Origin: Takakia lepidozioides
Lineage: Eukaryota > Plantae > Bryophyta
Assembly (NCBI GenBank): GCA_030704615.1
Contig: CM060733.1
Span: 63,674,001 to 63,738,000 of the forward strand
Direction of reading: 5' to 3'
Length of the DNA: 64,000 nucleotides
Shown here one piece after another: positions 40,076 to 54,040 of the stretch. The position numbers were made by a program, and so were the translations under genes. Below the pieces are notes generated by a model. It searched no databases. It was not told the DNA's origin and saw only the letters and a list, made by a program, of their open reading frames with translations. Numbering within the stretch: position 1 is the stretch's first letter; every line of letters starts with the position of its first letter.

Positions 40076-40931
40076 TCAATTGTGCCATCTCATGACAATG
40101 AAGCTGAAACGTAGATGCATTTATTGACACAATTTTTAATGAGAATCGGTCAGCCTTGCATTTAACATAACGTACCCATAGATGCCTCCTCCCAAACTGC
40201 CCTCTTCTCTCTCACACAATAAGGTTACAGGGTTATTACCATGCTCTAGCTGGACAATGCGGCACATCAATGCTGCATTTCTGCTTGCTACGTCTGCCAT
40301 GACTGCCGCTCTGTGCTTCCCACCAAGAAATCATCCTTGAGTCACCAAGTGTATTCCTTGTATTCCCACCAAGGAATACAAATCTTCCAATCCCTGCGCA
40401 AACCCTGACATGGATACTATCCTAAAACACCAAGGGGACAAATTTCATATCTCTGTCAAGAGCTGAAAGCAGACCTAACTTGTGGCTCAACACATTATCC
40501 ACAGTGTACTACTGAACTGGGCTAACCACTAAACAACAGTTGGTTGCTTGAAGGAGACAAATTTGAACCAAATTCCTCCCCATCTTGCCGAAACCCCTGA
40601 AATTGGTCACTTATCTTGCCTTGAAACCAATGAACTGATTTGAACTCCGACAATCCACCGACGCGGAACGCAGATCATTGAGTATATGTATTATTCATCA
40701 GGCAGAACAAGACGTTGCTGTAGTCAGGTAATGTCAGATTGGTCTGTGAGAACCACCACGATGCAGCTGAACAGTCAGAGATTGAAAAACGGACTGCTAA
40801 GACCAAGCTGAACCTTGTAAACATCAGCAAGAATACCACCTGCGATCGGTGTGTGAAACCCCTCCGTGCTCGAGCACGCGATGCCCCCCACGCTGCAAGA
40901 CAGTTTGGGCAGTCCGGGTAGATATAAAACA

Positions 40932-41936
40932 TTTGACGACGACGATGACGTGTCTACGATGACCTGGCTACGATGACGTGACGAAAAAACGTGGCGACAA
41001 TGACATGGCACTATGGCACCCTATTCCTGCTCTACGCTAAACTAGCTTCCAACCTTCGGTCGTCGCTAGAACTAGGGGTTCGCGTTGCTCCACACTACTA
41101 GCGACAGATTCTGAGAACTACGTTCAATTTTTCATTAAAAAAGGGGTTGGTCATCCCCACGGTGTTACATGCAGAGATCCCGTGTTTTGTTTTCTCTGGA
41201 ATAAAAATGGCAGATCTGCATTTCAATGTTCAATTTTCACAAGCTGCATCAATCAATAACAACATACCCAAATACCCTTACATTTACTATATGAACTTTC
41301 AGGCAGCCACCATGGGATTGGATCTTGGTGGGTTAAGGCTAGCTTTTGACAATATTCATGTAAGTTCATCGAGGGCTCCATCCAAAGCCACACCACGAGA
41401 AACAAACAAACATGTCCAACTTTAAGATGCTGAACAAACTTGTGCACAGTGCTGCCTCTCTCATCAAGCTCATTAAAATTCGTATTCACTTCCATCTTCA
41501 AGCTTTGGAGAAGCTCCACCACCCAAACCCAGAATTAGGACAGCACTCTGATTTCCATCCACTGTCACCAGAATCAGTGAAACATCACCCCTTCAGTCAA
41601 GTGCAGTGGATGCTTGAAAGTTCATATAGTGAATGTAAGGGTATTTGGGTATGTTGTTATTGATTGATGCGGTTTGTGAAAATTGAACATTGAAATGCAG
41701 ATCCGCCATTTTTCTTCCATAAAAAAACAAAACACGGGTTCTCTGCATGTAACACAGTGGGGATGACCCACCCTTTTTTTCTGAAAATTTGAACGTAGTA
41801 GTGCGGAGCAACGCGAAGCCCTAGTTCTAGCGACGACCGAAGGTCGGAAGCTAGTTTAGCGTAGAGCAGGAATAGGGTGCCATAATGCCACATCATCGTC
41901 GCCATGTCATCGTAGACACGTCATCGTCATCGTCAA
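40932..41936. repeat. Duplicated non-coding segment forming a large inverted repeat (arms ~40932-41300 and ~41606-41936)
   Basis: Arms are reverse complements; another reverse copy is split as 49735-49949 plus 61721-62171. Confidence 0.85.
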
Positions 41937-42013
41937 TTTATTTGGAACCTGTCCGAAATGCCCAAAAAGCAGCGCAGGGAAGGGATGCCCCCGCGTGCTC
42001 GAGCTTCTGAAAG

Positions 42014-45000
42014 AGGATAGAGAGAGGGAGTCCACAATGCCTCTTCTAGCACTTCTGCGCATGTGAAGATGTTTTGTGAGGCAGGCAAAGTGACAGAGGC
42101 TCTACAGACTTTAAACCAATGAGGCATTCAGATACCTATGTTTGTCTCTTGCTTAAGTGCATCAAGATGAAAGGTCTGGAAGCTGGAAAGCAGGTGCACA
42201 CACACATTATCCAAAGTGGATTCACGCCAAATGTTTTTCTACTCAACACCCTTGTCAACATGTACGTTAAGGGCGGGAGCATCATGGATGTTCACCAAGC
42301 ATTCAACAGAATGCCTCAATGATCTTGATCACGTGGAATATAATGTTGGCAGGATTTACCAAGCATGGGTGTGGTAGGAATGCTTTTGAGACCTATGAGC
42401 AGATTCTGCGCAAAGGGGTGAAGCCCAACCACATCAGATTTGTTTGTGTTTGCAATGCGTGTGCAAGCCTGGGAGCTCTGGAAAAGGGGAAAGAGGTCCA
42501 TGGTGACATCGTCAAAGCTGGAATTGTACCATATGTCATTCATATGTCACTCATGATGGTGGGACAACCGCAATCGCAAGGTGTGGCTTTTTCTTAATGT
42601 ACGATGTGAAGAAGTTTGTCCATCCTGCACATGTGGGCTCTTGGCTCCTATTAGTACCATGATTTGATATTCTTCCTGATTATGTTTACAAGGTTCTTGG
42701 GAGAGTCAGCTCGGTCTTAGCAGGCTGTGTTTCAATCTATGCCTGCTCAGCTGCACCATGTTGGTTCTCACAGACCAATCCGACATCACCTGACACAAGC
42801 AGCACACACAAGGGGTCCTTTTGGGTTGATGGTCAAATCCTCCATGGATCATGCCACAAGGTCAAGGACAATGTGGTGAGGGCACCTTCTTCTTCGACCT
42901 ATTTCAGCCTATTTTGCCCTCTCATCAGACTCGGCCGTGAGATGCATATTGAATTTTCAAGGACTCAATGTGGTGAGGGCACCTTCTTTGACCTATTTCA
43001 GTCTGTTTTGCCCTCTCATCAGACTCGGCCCTGAGATGCATATTGAATTCTGCAAGTTAGGTCGTTGGGTAGATGGTCAACTAGAAACAGCAGCGGCAAC
43101 GGCACAAATGATAGAACAAGGCACTGCTAATGTTTAGGCACCTTCTTCAACACTTTTCACCCTGTTTTTCCCTCTTGTCAGAGTCGGCCCTAAATTTCCA
43201 TGTTGAATTTTGCAAGTTAGCTGGTTCAGTGAATCTGGTTTGGAGTGATTTTGACATGATACTGCCAATGTGATAACAGGAAGTATCCAAAAACAGGTAA
43301 CAGAGAGAAGGTGTGGAATGAATACTTTGTTGACCCACGTCAATGATAGGACAACCGAGGCAAAAAGTTGAATCCCTGGTAGATGACAGAGAGTAGCAGA
43401 CGCAATTCAGCATAGGAACTAGTGTGATTGGGTGTTTCCTAGGTTGTCATTGTCAGCTGTTAGCAGTAAGGGAAAAGATGAATGCATGATTTGTGAAGAG
43501 GCATGGATTTTGGCATTTGATGCCAAAATGCCGAAATGAGACGTGGTCTCTTGGACTGCAATAATTGCAGGATGTACTGAGCAAGGGCATGGTGAAGAGG
43601 CATTTGAACTCTTTGGTGTAGAGCCCGACAAGGTCACTCTCATTTGCATCCTCAAAAGGTGTGCCAGCCCAGCAGCTCTAGGGCTGGGCAAGGGGCTTCA
43701 TGCCCACATTGTCAGAGCTGGATTTGAATCAGATGTTTATGTAGGAACTAGCCTTGTCCATATGTGTGCCAAGTGTGGGGGTTTGGTGGATGCTCGAAAG
43801 ATGTTTGAAAAATGTCTAGGCGAGATGTGATTTCATGGAATGCTCACGCTCTTTCGGCAAATGCAACTAGAAGGCGTGATGGTCCATGCCCATATCATTG
43901 AAGCTGGCTTTGAGTCAGATGTCCGTGTGGGAAACACCCTTCTCAGCATGTATGTCAAGTGTGGGAGTCTGGTGGATGCATGCCGAGTCTTTAACAATAT
44001 GCCTGAACAAGATGTGGTTTCATGGAATGCAATGATTGCATGATACATTCAGCAAGGACGCAGTGAAGAGGCATTTAAACTCTTCTGGCAAATGCAACGA
44101 GTAGGTATGAAGCCTGATAAGCTCACATTTGTTACCATCCTCAACGCCTGCACCGGCCAGCAGCACTGGAACAGGACAGGCGTGTACATGCCCACATCAC
44201 AGAAGGTGGAGTGAGGCAATTGTCTGTTTAGGGAATGCCCTTGTCAACATGTATGCTAGGTGTGGAAGCGTGGTGGATGCGCGGAGAGTGTTTGATGCTT
44301 CCATAATTACAGCAACAGGAGCTAGCTGAATGCATCCTAGGACACATGTTCGGAAATTAGAACCACAAAATGCTGCAGTGTATATGTTGCTGTCAAATAT
44401 CTATGCTGCAACTCAGATGTGGACAATATAGAAAAGACCAGAAAATTGATGGAGGATAGAAGTCTGAAAAAGGTGGCAGGGCGAAGCTGGATATAGCTCA
44501 CACCACAAACAGGGGAGATCTTTCCAATCTTGAAACATTGCGGAAGGGGATGAAAGAGAGGATATGCTTCTGACACATTTTGTGTTGCGTACTCTGGATC
44601 AGGTGCAGAAAATGGTAGTCTGCATATGTGGAGTCCTCGCATGGACCTTGTCTGTGATGGTAAAAAAGAATACAAGGCCTATGCAGGTTGCAGCCTGAAG
44701 ACAAGGCTTTTGGATCGCCAATTTTTACTCAGGCGAGGAGAAGTTGTGATAGTAGCAGATGCAATTGAGCATAGGAACTAGTATAATAAGTTGAGTTGGG
44801 TTTTCTAGAACAAATCTAGGCTGTCATTGTCGGCTGCTAGCAGCAAAGCAAGGATGTATGCATGAGTGGTCGAGCAAAGGGAGTCTTTGACAATGTGGCT
44901 GAATGAAATGTGGTGTTGTGGAATGCGATGATCGCAGGATATGCCCAACATGGTTGTCAAGGTCCTGCAACTATTTGAAGGAATGCGAAAGAACGGCTTG

Positions 45001-48000
45001 AAGCCAGACAGTATCACCTTTATATGTGTTCTCTCTGCATGCAGCCACACTGGCCTACTGAAATCCAGATGTTGTGGTGTGGAAGGCCTTGCTTGGTGCC
45101 TACAGAATCCATGGCAATGTGGAAATGGCACGACTTATGTGTTGCTATCAAACATCTATGCCGCAGCTGGCAGGTGGGATGATACTGCAAAGGTGAGAAG
45201 AATGATCATGGTCAGAGGGGTTAGAAAGGAGCCAGGAGCCAGGTCGCTGCTGCATTGAGGTTGGCAACAGGGTGCACACCTTTGTTGTAGATGACAAATA
45301 TCCAAAAACAGATAACAGTGTTCAACAATGTGGTTGAATGAACTGTGGTGCCGCGGAACGCCATGCTTATGCACAACAGGGGCGTGGGATGGAGGCTTTG
45401 GAGACCTATGAGTAAATGATGGTGGAAGGGGTGAAGCCCGACCACATCACGTCTGTGTGTTTGCAAGCCTGGCAGCCCTGGAAAAGGGCAAAGAGGTGCA
45501 TGGTTGCATCGCGAAAGCAGGAACTGTACCAGATGTGATTCTGAACAATACCCTTGTGGACATGTATGCCAAATGTAGGAGGCATTTCAGCAGATTCAGA
45601 TAAGTTTGTTTGTCTCTTGCTTAAGTGCATCAAGATGAAAGGTCTGGAAGTTGGAAAGCAGGTGCACACTCACATTATCCAAAGTGGATTCACGCCAAGT
45701 GTTTTTCTCCTCAACACCCTTGTCAACATGTCAAACTTGGGAGCTCTGGAAAAGGGGAAAGAGGTCCATGGTGACATCGTCAAAGCTGGAATTGTACTAG
45801 ATGTCATTCTGAACACTGCCCTGGTGGACATGTATGCCAAATGTGGGTGCATTAAGGATGCGAAGGGAGTTTTCAACACTATGGCTGCACGAGATGTGGT
45901 GTCATGGAAGACGATGCTTGCAGGGTATGCACATCAAGGACGTGGTATGAAGGCTTTGGAGACCTATGATCAAATGATGGGGGAAGGGGTGAAGCCCGAC
46001 CACATCACATTTGTGTGGATTTGCGATGCGTGTGCAAGCCTGGCAGCTCTGGAAAAGGGCAAAAGAGGTCCATGGCGACATTGTCAGTGCTGCAATTGTA
46101 CCGAGTGTCATTCTGAACAATACCCTCGTGGACATGTATGAAGGGAGTGTTCGACAGTATGGCTGAATGAGATGTGGTGTCGTGGAGTGCAATGATTGCA
46201 GGATATGCACAACAAGGGCGCGAGATGGAGGCTTTGGAGACCTCTGAGCAAATGATGTGCGAAGGGGTGAAGCCCAACCGCATAACGTTTGTTTGCATTG
46301 GCAATGCGTGTGCAAGCCTGACAGCCCTGGAAAGGTGCAAAGAGGTCCATGGTGACATCGTCAAATCTGGAATTGTACCCGATGTCATTCTGAACACTGC
46401 CCTGCTGGACATGTATGTCAAATGTGAGTGCATCGAGGATGCAAAGGGAGTGTTCGACAGTATGGCTGAATGAGATGCGGTGTTGTGGAGTGCGATGATT
46501 GCAGGATATGCATAGCAAGGATGCAGGATGGAGGCTTTGGAGACCTATGAGCAATTGATGTGCGAAGGGGTGAACCCCAACCGCAACACATTTGTTTGTG
46601 TTTGCAATGCGTGTGCAAGCCTAGGAGCTCTGGAAAAGGGGAAAGAGGTCCATGGTGACATCGTCAAAGCTGGATTTGTACCAGATGTCATCCTGAACAC
46701 CCCCCTGGTGGACATGTATGCCAAATGTGGGTGCATGAAGGATGCGAAGGGAGTTTTTAAATGGCTGAACAAGATGTGGTGTCGTGGAACGCGATGCTTG
46801 CAGGGTACGCACAGCAGGGGCGTGGGATTGAGGCTTTGGAGACCTATGAGCAAATGATGGGGGAAGGGGTGAAGCCCGACCACATCACGTTTGTGTGCAT
46901 TTGCAATGCGTGTGCAAGCCTGACAGCCCTGGAAAAGGGCAAAGAGGTGCATGGTTGCATCGCCAAAGCTGGAACTGTACCAGGTGTGATCCTGAACACT
47001 GCCCTGGTGGACATGTATGCCAAATGTGGGAGCATTGAGGATGCAGAGGGATTCAACAATATGGTTGAACGAGATTTGTTGTCGTGGACGTGATGCTTGC
47101 AGGATATGCACAGCAGGGCGTGGGATGGAGGACTTGGAGACCTATGAGCAAATGATGGGGGAAGGGGTGAAGCGCGACCACATCACGTTTGTGTGCGTGT
47201 GGAAGCTTGGCAGCCTTGGAAAATGGCAAAGAGGTGCATGGTTGCATCGCCAAAGTTGTACAGCTGTGATTCTGAACAATACCCTTGACATGTATACCAA
47301 ATGTGGGAGCATTGAGGATGCGGAGGGAGTGTTCAACAATATGGCTGAACGAGATTTGGTGTCATGGAACGCCATGCTTGCAGGGTATGCACAACAGGGG
47401 CGCGGGATGGAGGCCTTGGATCAGACCTATGAGCAAATGATGGGGGAAGGGGTGAAATGCAACCACATCATGTTTGTGAGCGTTTGCAATGCTTGTGCAA
47501 GCCTGGAAGCCTTGGAAAAGGGCAAAAGAGGTCCATGATGGGGGAAGGGGGGAAGCCCGACCACATCATGTTTGTGTGCATTTGCTTGTGCAAGCCACAT
47601 TCATTTGTGTTCTCAATGTTGGTGCCAGCATGGTGGCCCTGGAGAAGGGCAAAGATATCCATGCTGACATTATCAAAGTTGGAATTTCGTCATACATTAA
47701 TTGGGAGACTGCCCTTGTTAACATGTATGCCAAATATGGGAGTGTAAGGGAGGCCTGTCTAGTGTTCAACAATATGGTGGCAGGATATACCAAGCATGGT
47801 TGTGGTAGGAATGCCTTCGAGACAATGATCAACTGATACAGCAAGGGGTGATGTCCTATCAGGTCACATTTGTTTGCATTCTCAAGGCTTGTGCGAGACT
47901 GGCAGCCCTGGAAAACGGCAAAGAGGTCCATGCTGACATATGAAAGCTGGACTTGTACCAAATCTGATTTTGAACAATAGCCTTGTTGACATGTATGCGA

Positions 48001-49608
48001 AATGCGGGAGCATGAAAGTTGCAAAGAGAGTATTTGTCAACATGGCTGAACGGGATGTGGTGTCGAGGAATGCGATGATCACAAGATATACCCAGCATGG
48101 GTGTGGGATGGAGGCTTTGGGGACCTATGAGCAAAAGATGCGGAAGCATTCAACAGAATGCCTCAACGATCTTGATCATGTGGAATATAATGTTGGCAGG
48201 ATTTACCAAGCATGGGTGTGGTAGGAATGCTTTTGAGACCTATGAGCAGATTCTGCGCGAAAGGGTGAAGCCCAACCACATCAGATTTGTTTGTGTTTGC
48301 AATGCGTGTGCAAGCCTGGCAGCCCTGGAAAAGGGCAAAGAGGTGCATGGTTGCATCGCCAAAGCTGGAATTGTACCAGATGTGATTATGAACAATACCC
48401 TCGTAGACATGTATGCCAAATGTGGGGGCATTGAGGATGTGGAGGGAGTATTCAACAATATGGCTGAACGAGATTTGGTGTCATGGAACGCCATGCTTGT
48501 AGGATATGCACAGCAGGGGTGCGGGATGGAGGCCTGGGGGAAGGGGTGAAGCCCGACCACATCACGTTTGTGTGCATTTGCAATGCGTGTGCAAGCCTGG
48601 CAGCCCTGGAAAAGGGCAAAGAGGTTCATGGTGACATCATCAAAGCTGGAATTGTACCAAATGTCATTCTGGACACTGCCCTGGTTCACTTGTATGCGAA
48701 ATGTGAGTGCAATGAGGATGCAAAGGGAGTATTTGACAATATGGTTGAATGAAATGTGGTGTCGTGGAATGCGATGTTTGCAGGACATGCCCAACATGGT
48801 TGTCATAGGGAGGTCCTGCAACTATTTGAAGGAATGCAAAAGAAAGGCTTGAAGCCGGACAATATCCCCTTTATATGTGTTCTCTCTGTCTGCAGCCACA
48901 CTGACCTACTGAATGAAGGAAGATGCTACTTCGATTCCCTGAAATAAAGATCATGGTATCAATCTGACAGTAAAGCACTTTGGCTGCATGGTGGACCTTC
49001 TTGGACGTGCGGGACAATTGGATGAGGCAGGGGACCTGATTAATAAAATGCCAATCAATCCAGATGTTGTGGTGTGGAAGGCCTTGCTTGGTGCCTACAA
49101 AATCCATGGCAATGTGGAGATGGCTGAATGTGTGGCAACATCTATCCTCAAGTGGGATGAACAGGATGCCGCGACTTATGTGGTGCTATATCAAACATCT
49201 ATGCTGCAGCTGGCAGGTGGGATGATACTGCAAAGGTGAGAAGAATGATGAAGGTCAGAGGGGTTAGAAAGGAGCTAGATGACAAGTTGCATCCCAGAAT
49301 TAAGGAAATCCATGCTGAGCTGAGAAGATTGTCTGGGCAGATGAAGGAGGCGGGGTATGTGCCTGACACACGCTCTTTATTGCATGATATGGAGGAAAGG
49401 AATTTTCTCTTTGCCACCACAGTGAGAAGCTGGCCATTGGTTTTGGGCTGATCAGCACGACTCATCAAGAATCTTTGAGTGTGTGGAGACTGCCACACCT
49501 CCACCAAATTCATCTCAAAGATTGTTGACCGAGCAATCGTTGTATGGGACGCTAACTACTTTCCACCACTTTGAAGATGGGATTTGTTCTTGTGGTGATT
49601 ACTGGTGA
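42014..49608 (+). pseudogene. Cluster of fragmented, internally duplicated PLS-PPR sequences ending in E/DYW domain
   Basis: Many NTALVDMYAKCG / DVVSWNAMLAGY / GVKPDHITFVC repeats, MVDLLGRAG, VWKALLGA, final CSCGDYW-stop at ~49584-49608; frequent stops and frameshifts. Confidence 0.9.
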
Positions 49609-50459
49609 AAGGATGTTTTCTTGGAAAGATGCTAGCGTCTTGCTTCATTCATTGATCTGTGTAGCTACTCAGACCATCCACCATTTCCTGATAGTGGGGT
49701 CTACTCGGCATAGGTAGGAAGTCAGCCCACAATTGCACTTGACTGAAGGGGTGATTTTTTACAGCTTCTGGTGACAGTGGATGGAAATCAGAGTGTTGTC
49801 CTAATTCTGGGTTTGGGTGGAGCTTCTCCAAAGCTTGAAGATGGAAGTGAATACGAATTTTAATGAGCTTGATGAGAGGGGCAGCCCTGTGCACAAGTTT
49901 GTTCAGCATCTTAAAATTTGGACATGTTTGTTTGTTTCTCGTGGTGTGGTGTCAAGTTAAATAAGCACAGTGTGAAAACAATAGCATAAAACTAGTTATT
50001 TGTATTTAACACTTGGATTTAGGTCAAGTGTTAAATCAGGTGTCAAGTTTAGTTTGACACCTGGTCCGTCTTATCTTCACGAGAGCGGCAGTCGCGCGGC
50101 TCATCTCTCTCGAGTTGAGCCTGCGCGACCGAGCTCCTTCCTGCGTTTAGAAGTTGTGTGTGCTTATGATGGGAGTGTAGGTTGTTGTGGGGTGGAGTCC
50201 CCATAGCTTGGGGTGCCCCTGGCTCGACTTCTATTTCAAAGAGTGATGATTTTGGTTTCCATGTTTTGTGTCAACAGTGTGTTAAAGAGCCTTTCTATCA
50301 CTCGAGAGAGATGACCTCTTACCTGTGAGTGCAAGGTAGGAGTTGAGGGTTAGCACTTGTATGATTACCTCTGTGAAGTAGTGCTTAGTTTAAGAAGCTT
50401 TAAAAAAAAAAAACAAACAAAAAGAAACATGCAGGTTTCGATCATCTTTGGTTTCTGGG

Positions 50460-50832
50460 TATATAGATGGTCCATGGAGGCAGGCAGCATGTCAAGCAGG
50501 GGCAAAGAACTGGTGTCTTTCCACTGGTAAGGATAGCGTTGGTTTTGGCATGAGGCCGCAGGGGCAGGACGGAGCTATACTACGAGGAAGCAGCCTTCGT
50601 TCTGGTCAGTGAGGGCGTGAACAGCTCACAGTGGGTGCGGCAAGCATTGGCGAAGCCAGAGCTGGCCAGGCAAGTTCTTGATGTGAACCTGTTGAAGTCC
50701 ACATGTATTGACAAGCAGCTGCTGCAGCTGATGGATATGGCCATGCTTTGCACACACAAGGTGCCTGATAGACGCCCCTCCATGCAAGACATGCTAAAGG
50801 TGTTCATTGGAATCCAGCACCAGCAGCGGTAA
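50460..50832 (+). pseudogene. Receptor-like kinase C-terminal fragment
   Basis: QWVRQAL...VLDVNL...LMDMAMLCTHKVPDRRPSMQDMLKVF (subdomain XI). Confidence 0.7.
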
Positions 50833-51479
50833 AGTGGGTCCTCGTTTCTTCTCGAGCAGAGGAAAAGCAGTGTCCGACATTTGAATCGAAGACCAGTGTC
50901 TTGTATCTCTCATGCCATGTTTCTTGAAACTGATTCTGTTTATGTGGCGAGCTTAGTGCTTGTGAACTGCAGTCTGCGTTTCCTACGCTTTATGCAAGAA
51001 GAAACTAAACTCTCGCAAAGTATCTCATTGGAAGACAACAAAAAGAAGCATTCATACCCTGTGGGCAAAGGAAGGCGGATGCCGAGTAGAGACTGTGAAG
51101 ACTTCGTCTTTTCTGACTGAGAGACTGAGGGAGTCGCGCTGATTTGCACGCATGCGCTCCGAAAGCCAGAGAGGTAATTACTGCAGATGGTGTAGACATG
51201 CGGAGGTTTTGTGCAGGGTTGCATCAATCTGCAAGTCTGTAGGGCATCCTAAAGAATGTGAGACTGGGATGAGCTCTTGATGAACTGTGGGAGAATAATT
51301 TTGAAAAACTCGCGGTGACTCTACCTCTTCTCAGTTGAGCTCAAGATAGCTGTTAAATTTCATCAGTTGTATGTCGTGAGCGGGCGCAAAGACAGCGAAC
51401 TGTAATGGCACACAACCTCTGTCATTTTGGGGTCGATTTGCTTCGCTCTCTATGCTACGTGTGAGTCGCCCGTCAAGCT

Positions 51480-51850
51480 GAAGGAGGCAGAAAGGCAGAG
51501 AGGGTGGCAAGCAGTGCCCAGCTCTCTCTGTCCCCAGGCCGAACCATTGTAGCGTTTGGAAGGTGGAGGTCTGGTTCTCGCCACCCAACCCTCTCTCTGT
51601 TGCTGAGATCCTTCCTTCTGGTAGTAAGTTGGTGTGAAGCCTGGTGACATTCCTTCCGACTCTGTGCTTGGGTTGAGCCCTCCAGCAACAATGCGACAGG
51701 ACAATCAGGCAGCAGGGGGCTGTTGCAGATGACCCCATTCCAGTCGCAATGAGAATGGCCGCCGGTGGGAGGTTTATGCGTCCCCAAGTCCTGTAGAAGC
51801 TTGCAACGAGAGGCCAGGTTGCAGCTGGTCCGTGACAATGGAGCATTTGG
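51480..51850 (-). pseudogene. LRR-RLK N-terminal cap fragment
   Basis: HSHCDWNGVICNS..., followed by frameshifted LRR-like segments. Confidence 0.45.
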
Positions 51851-52771
51851 GACCTTTCGCCCACTTCTTGGCGGTTTGAAATACAAGCCTTCCACCTGGC
51901 GTCTTTACAACGCGAGTTTGCGGCAGGTGGGCCGCTGAACCATGGTGCTAAGCGCTTGCCTGCTCTGTGTGAGAGAGAGAGAGCTGGCGATATCGCTATT
52001 CAGTGTGCTGGAGGCTCGCTTGAGACAAGGGCCTGCGGGTACAAGCCCTGCTGGTAAGAGAGTTGCTGCAGGCAGTAGAGTCGGCTGTTGGTGAGGCGAG
52101 ATAGAAGCACTTTGGGTCTTCAATCCTGAGTACCTCTTTCAAAATATTAAATCCCAACAGACATCAATACATGTGGGAAAGACCTCATACCGCATGTATA
52201 AGCATCCCCAGCCATTGGAGTGACGTTGTGCGGCATAGTGAGGAGACGATGCAGGGCGTCCATGGCAGCGAGCATGCAAGAAGAAGCAAGTAGCACTGAA
52301 GACACAGGATCGCAGTGAGGATCAGAAGGACCCAACAGCCCCAGTACTTGAGCGTTGTTCGACACCAGCTTGATTTGGCATAGACCTGGAGGGGAACGGC
52401 CTCGGGAACCCGTAGATAACTTGGGAACAGCTTTTAATGGCAAGAACGTTTTGGTGTTAATAAAAATTTATAAAAAAAAAGAAAAAAAAGAAAAAAAAAA
52501 GGGCCTTTTGATCTAATTTAAATGTTTAAAGAGCCTGGTTGGTCATATCTTTGTCAAATGAGCTCCGTTTGACTCAGTTTTTGAGGGGATAGCTGCAGAA
52601 AGGGGATATCTACCTATCTGCAGAAAGGGGATACCTGGTTTTTGTTTTTGGGACTCTGCTAAAAGTCTATGGAATTTTTAGAGTGTGAGTGTGCTATGAA
52701 AGATCCACAATCCTGTCTCTAGAACCTGTGCTAGTCTATATGAGAGACAAATTGGTGGATGTACTCCTTGC

Positions 52772-53521
52772 ATGGCTGGGGGAAATGAGGACGTAATTGA
52801 AGGGCAGGTCTCTTCTCTTAGTCTGTGCACACAAGGGGACATGATTTATGTTTCCCAAGGAACTCAGACTGATTTGAGTGGAGAACAGTTGGACGAGTTG
52901 ATTGCATACTGGGAGTCAGGCATTAGCAGTAGACAACAGACTGCTGTAGTTGGCATTGAGGGCCTCAATATTGCCTTGGACAGTCAGAACTCTGTTGGAG
53001 CCAACAGTTCTACAGCTGTAGGTGAAATACCAAAGTGGGTGAAAGCTAGGCTTGGAACACAGCCAAAGACAGCCCCGGGGACCAAGGTGTTCAGCCACAA
53101 GGCCGTGGTGTATTGGAGCAGAGGAGCAGGAGCTACACAAGTTTGTGCAATCAGACATGGTTGCAGCCGGATACGCTCTGCACAGGGCAACCACGAGCGG
53201 GGGTTCATCAGCAATGACATGTTTGTTGTGCGTGAAGGAGATGCACTCATTTGCAATGAGGACACCCGCAACCGTCTCAAAGCTTTCGAGTTGAGAGACT
53301 ATCAGACCCTACCTTTGTTTTCTTTAGTGTTCAGTGAGCGGGAGATAGGGGAGTATTGCTTTGTCTCTACCTGGCAGAAAGAGGAGGAGGGTTGGTTAGA
53401 GCGAGATACTGTAGCTTGGGACAAGGTTAGTGGTAGGTTTCTGGACATAGATATACCTCCTACACCTTACCATCACGCAGAGCGAGGCACTTTGAGAGAA
53501 GTCTGGAAGTTGATAGCATAG
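52772..53521 (+). CDS. 249-aa ORF of unknown function upstream of gag inside the retroelement
   Basis: ATG start, uninterrupted, globular composition; no motif recognised. Confidence 0.5.
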   Translation: MAGGNEDVIEGQVSSLSLCTQGDMIYVSQGTQTDLSGEQLDELIAYWESGISSRQQTAVVGIEGLNIALDSQNSVGANSSTAVGEIPKWVKARLGTQPKTAPGTKVFSHKAVVYWSRGAGATQVCAIRHGCSRIRSAQGNHERGFISNDMFVVREGDALICNEDTRNRLKAFELRDYQTLPLFSLVFSEREIGEYCFVSTWQKEEEGWLERDTVAWDKVSGRFLDIDIPPTPYHHAERGTLREVWKLIA

Positions 53522-54040
53522 ATCAGGATTAGATCTTGCTTGGGCGGGCTTCTATTCTTCCCCTCCATCTCTGTACTATTTTCATTACCTTGTACTCGTA
53601 GTTGCCAAAGCCTCTCTTGGTGGAGGCCAGTCAGTCCGGGGTTTTGGGCTGGGATATTCTGCAGGATCAGCGTTGCTACTGGATTTTGGTGTGGGGGTGT
53701 TGATGCTTTGATTTCTTGTGTTTGGATCCCCCCCAACACCTGCATGCTTGACTGTGCGCCATGTTGGTTTTGTGTGGGCGCTTGCTTTCATAGGGATTAG
53801 GCCGGATTTGATCACCGGTCAATCCTAGAGTATGCTGTCGGTGGTGAGGCTGGAGTGATGACCAGCAAGACCACCAGTGTTTCTTCTATGGTGAGGCTGG
53901 GTTGATGACCAGCCAACCATAGGAGTTCTTGCGGTGGATGCAGGTGCAGGTGCCCTGAGCCATTGGGATATGACCCTTAGACTGCAACAGGTGCCCACCC
54001 GTGTCACTATTAGATTAGTACTAGAGCCTTATAGTGTCAC

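Noticed and set aside
50277-50292. Primer-binding site (gtgtgttaaagagcc)
   Set aside because: Only a weak resemblance to TGGTATCAGAGC; cannot assign a tRNA
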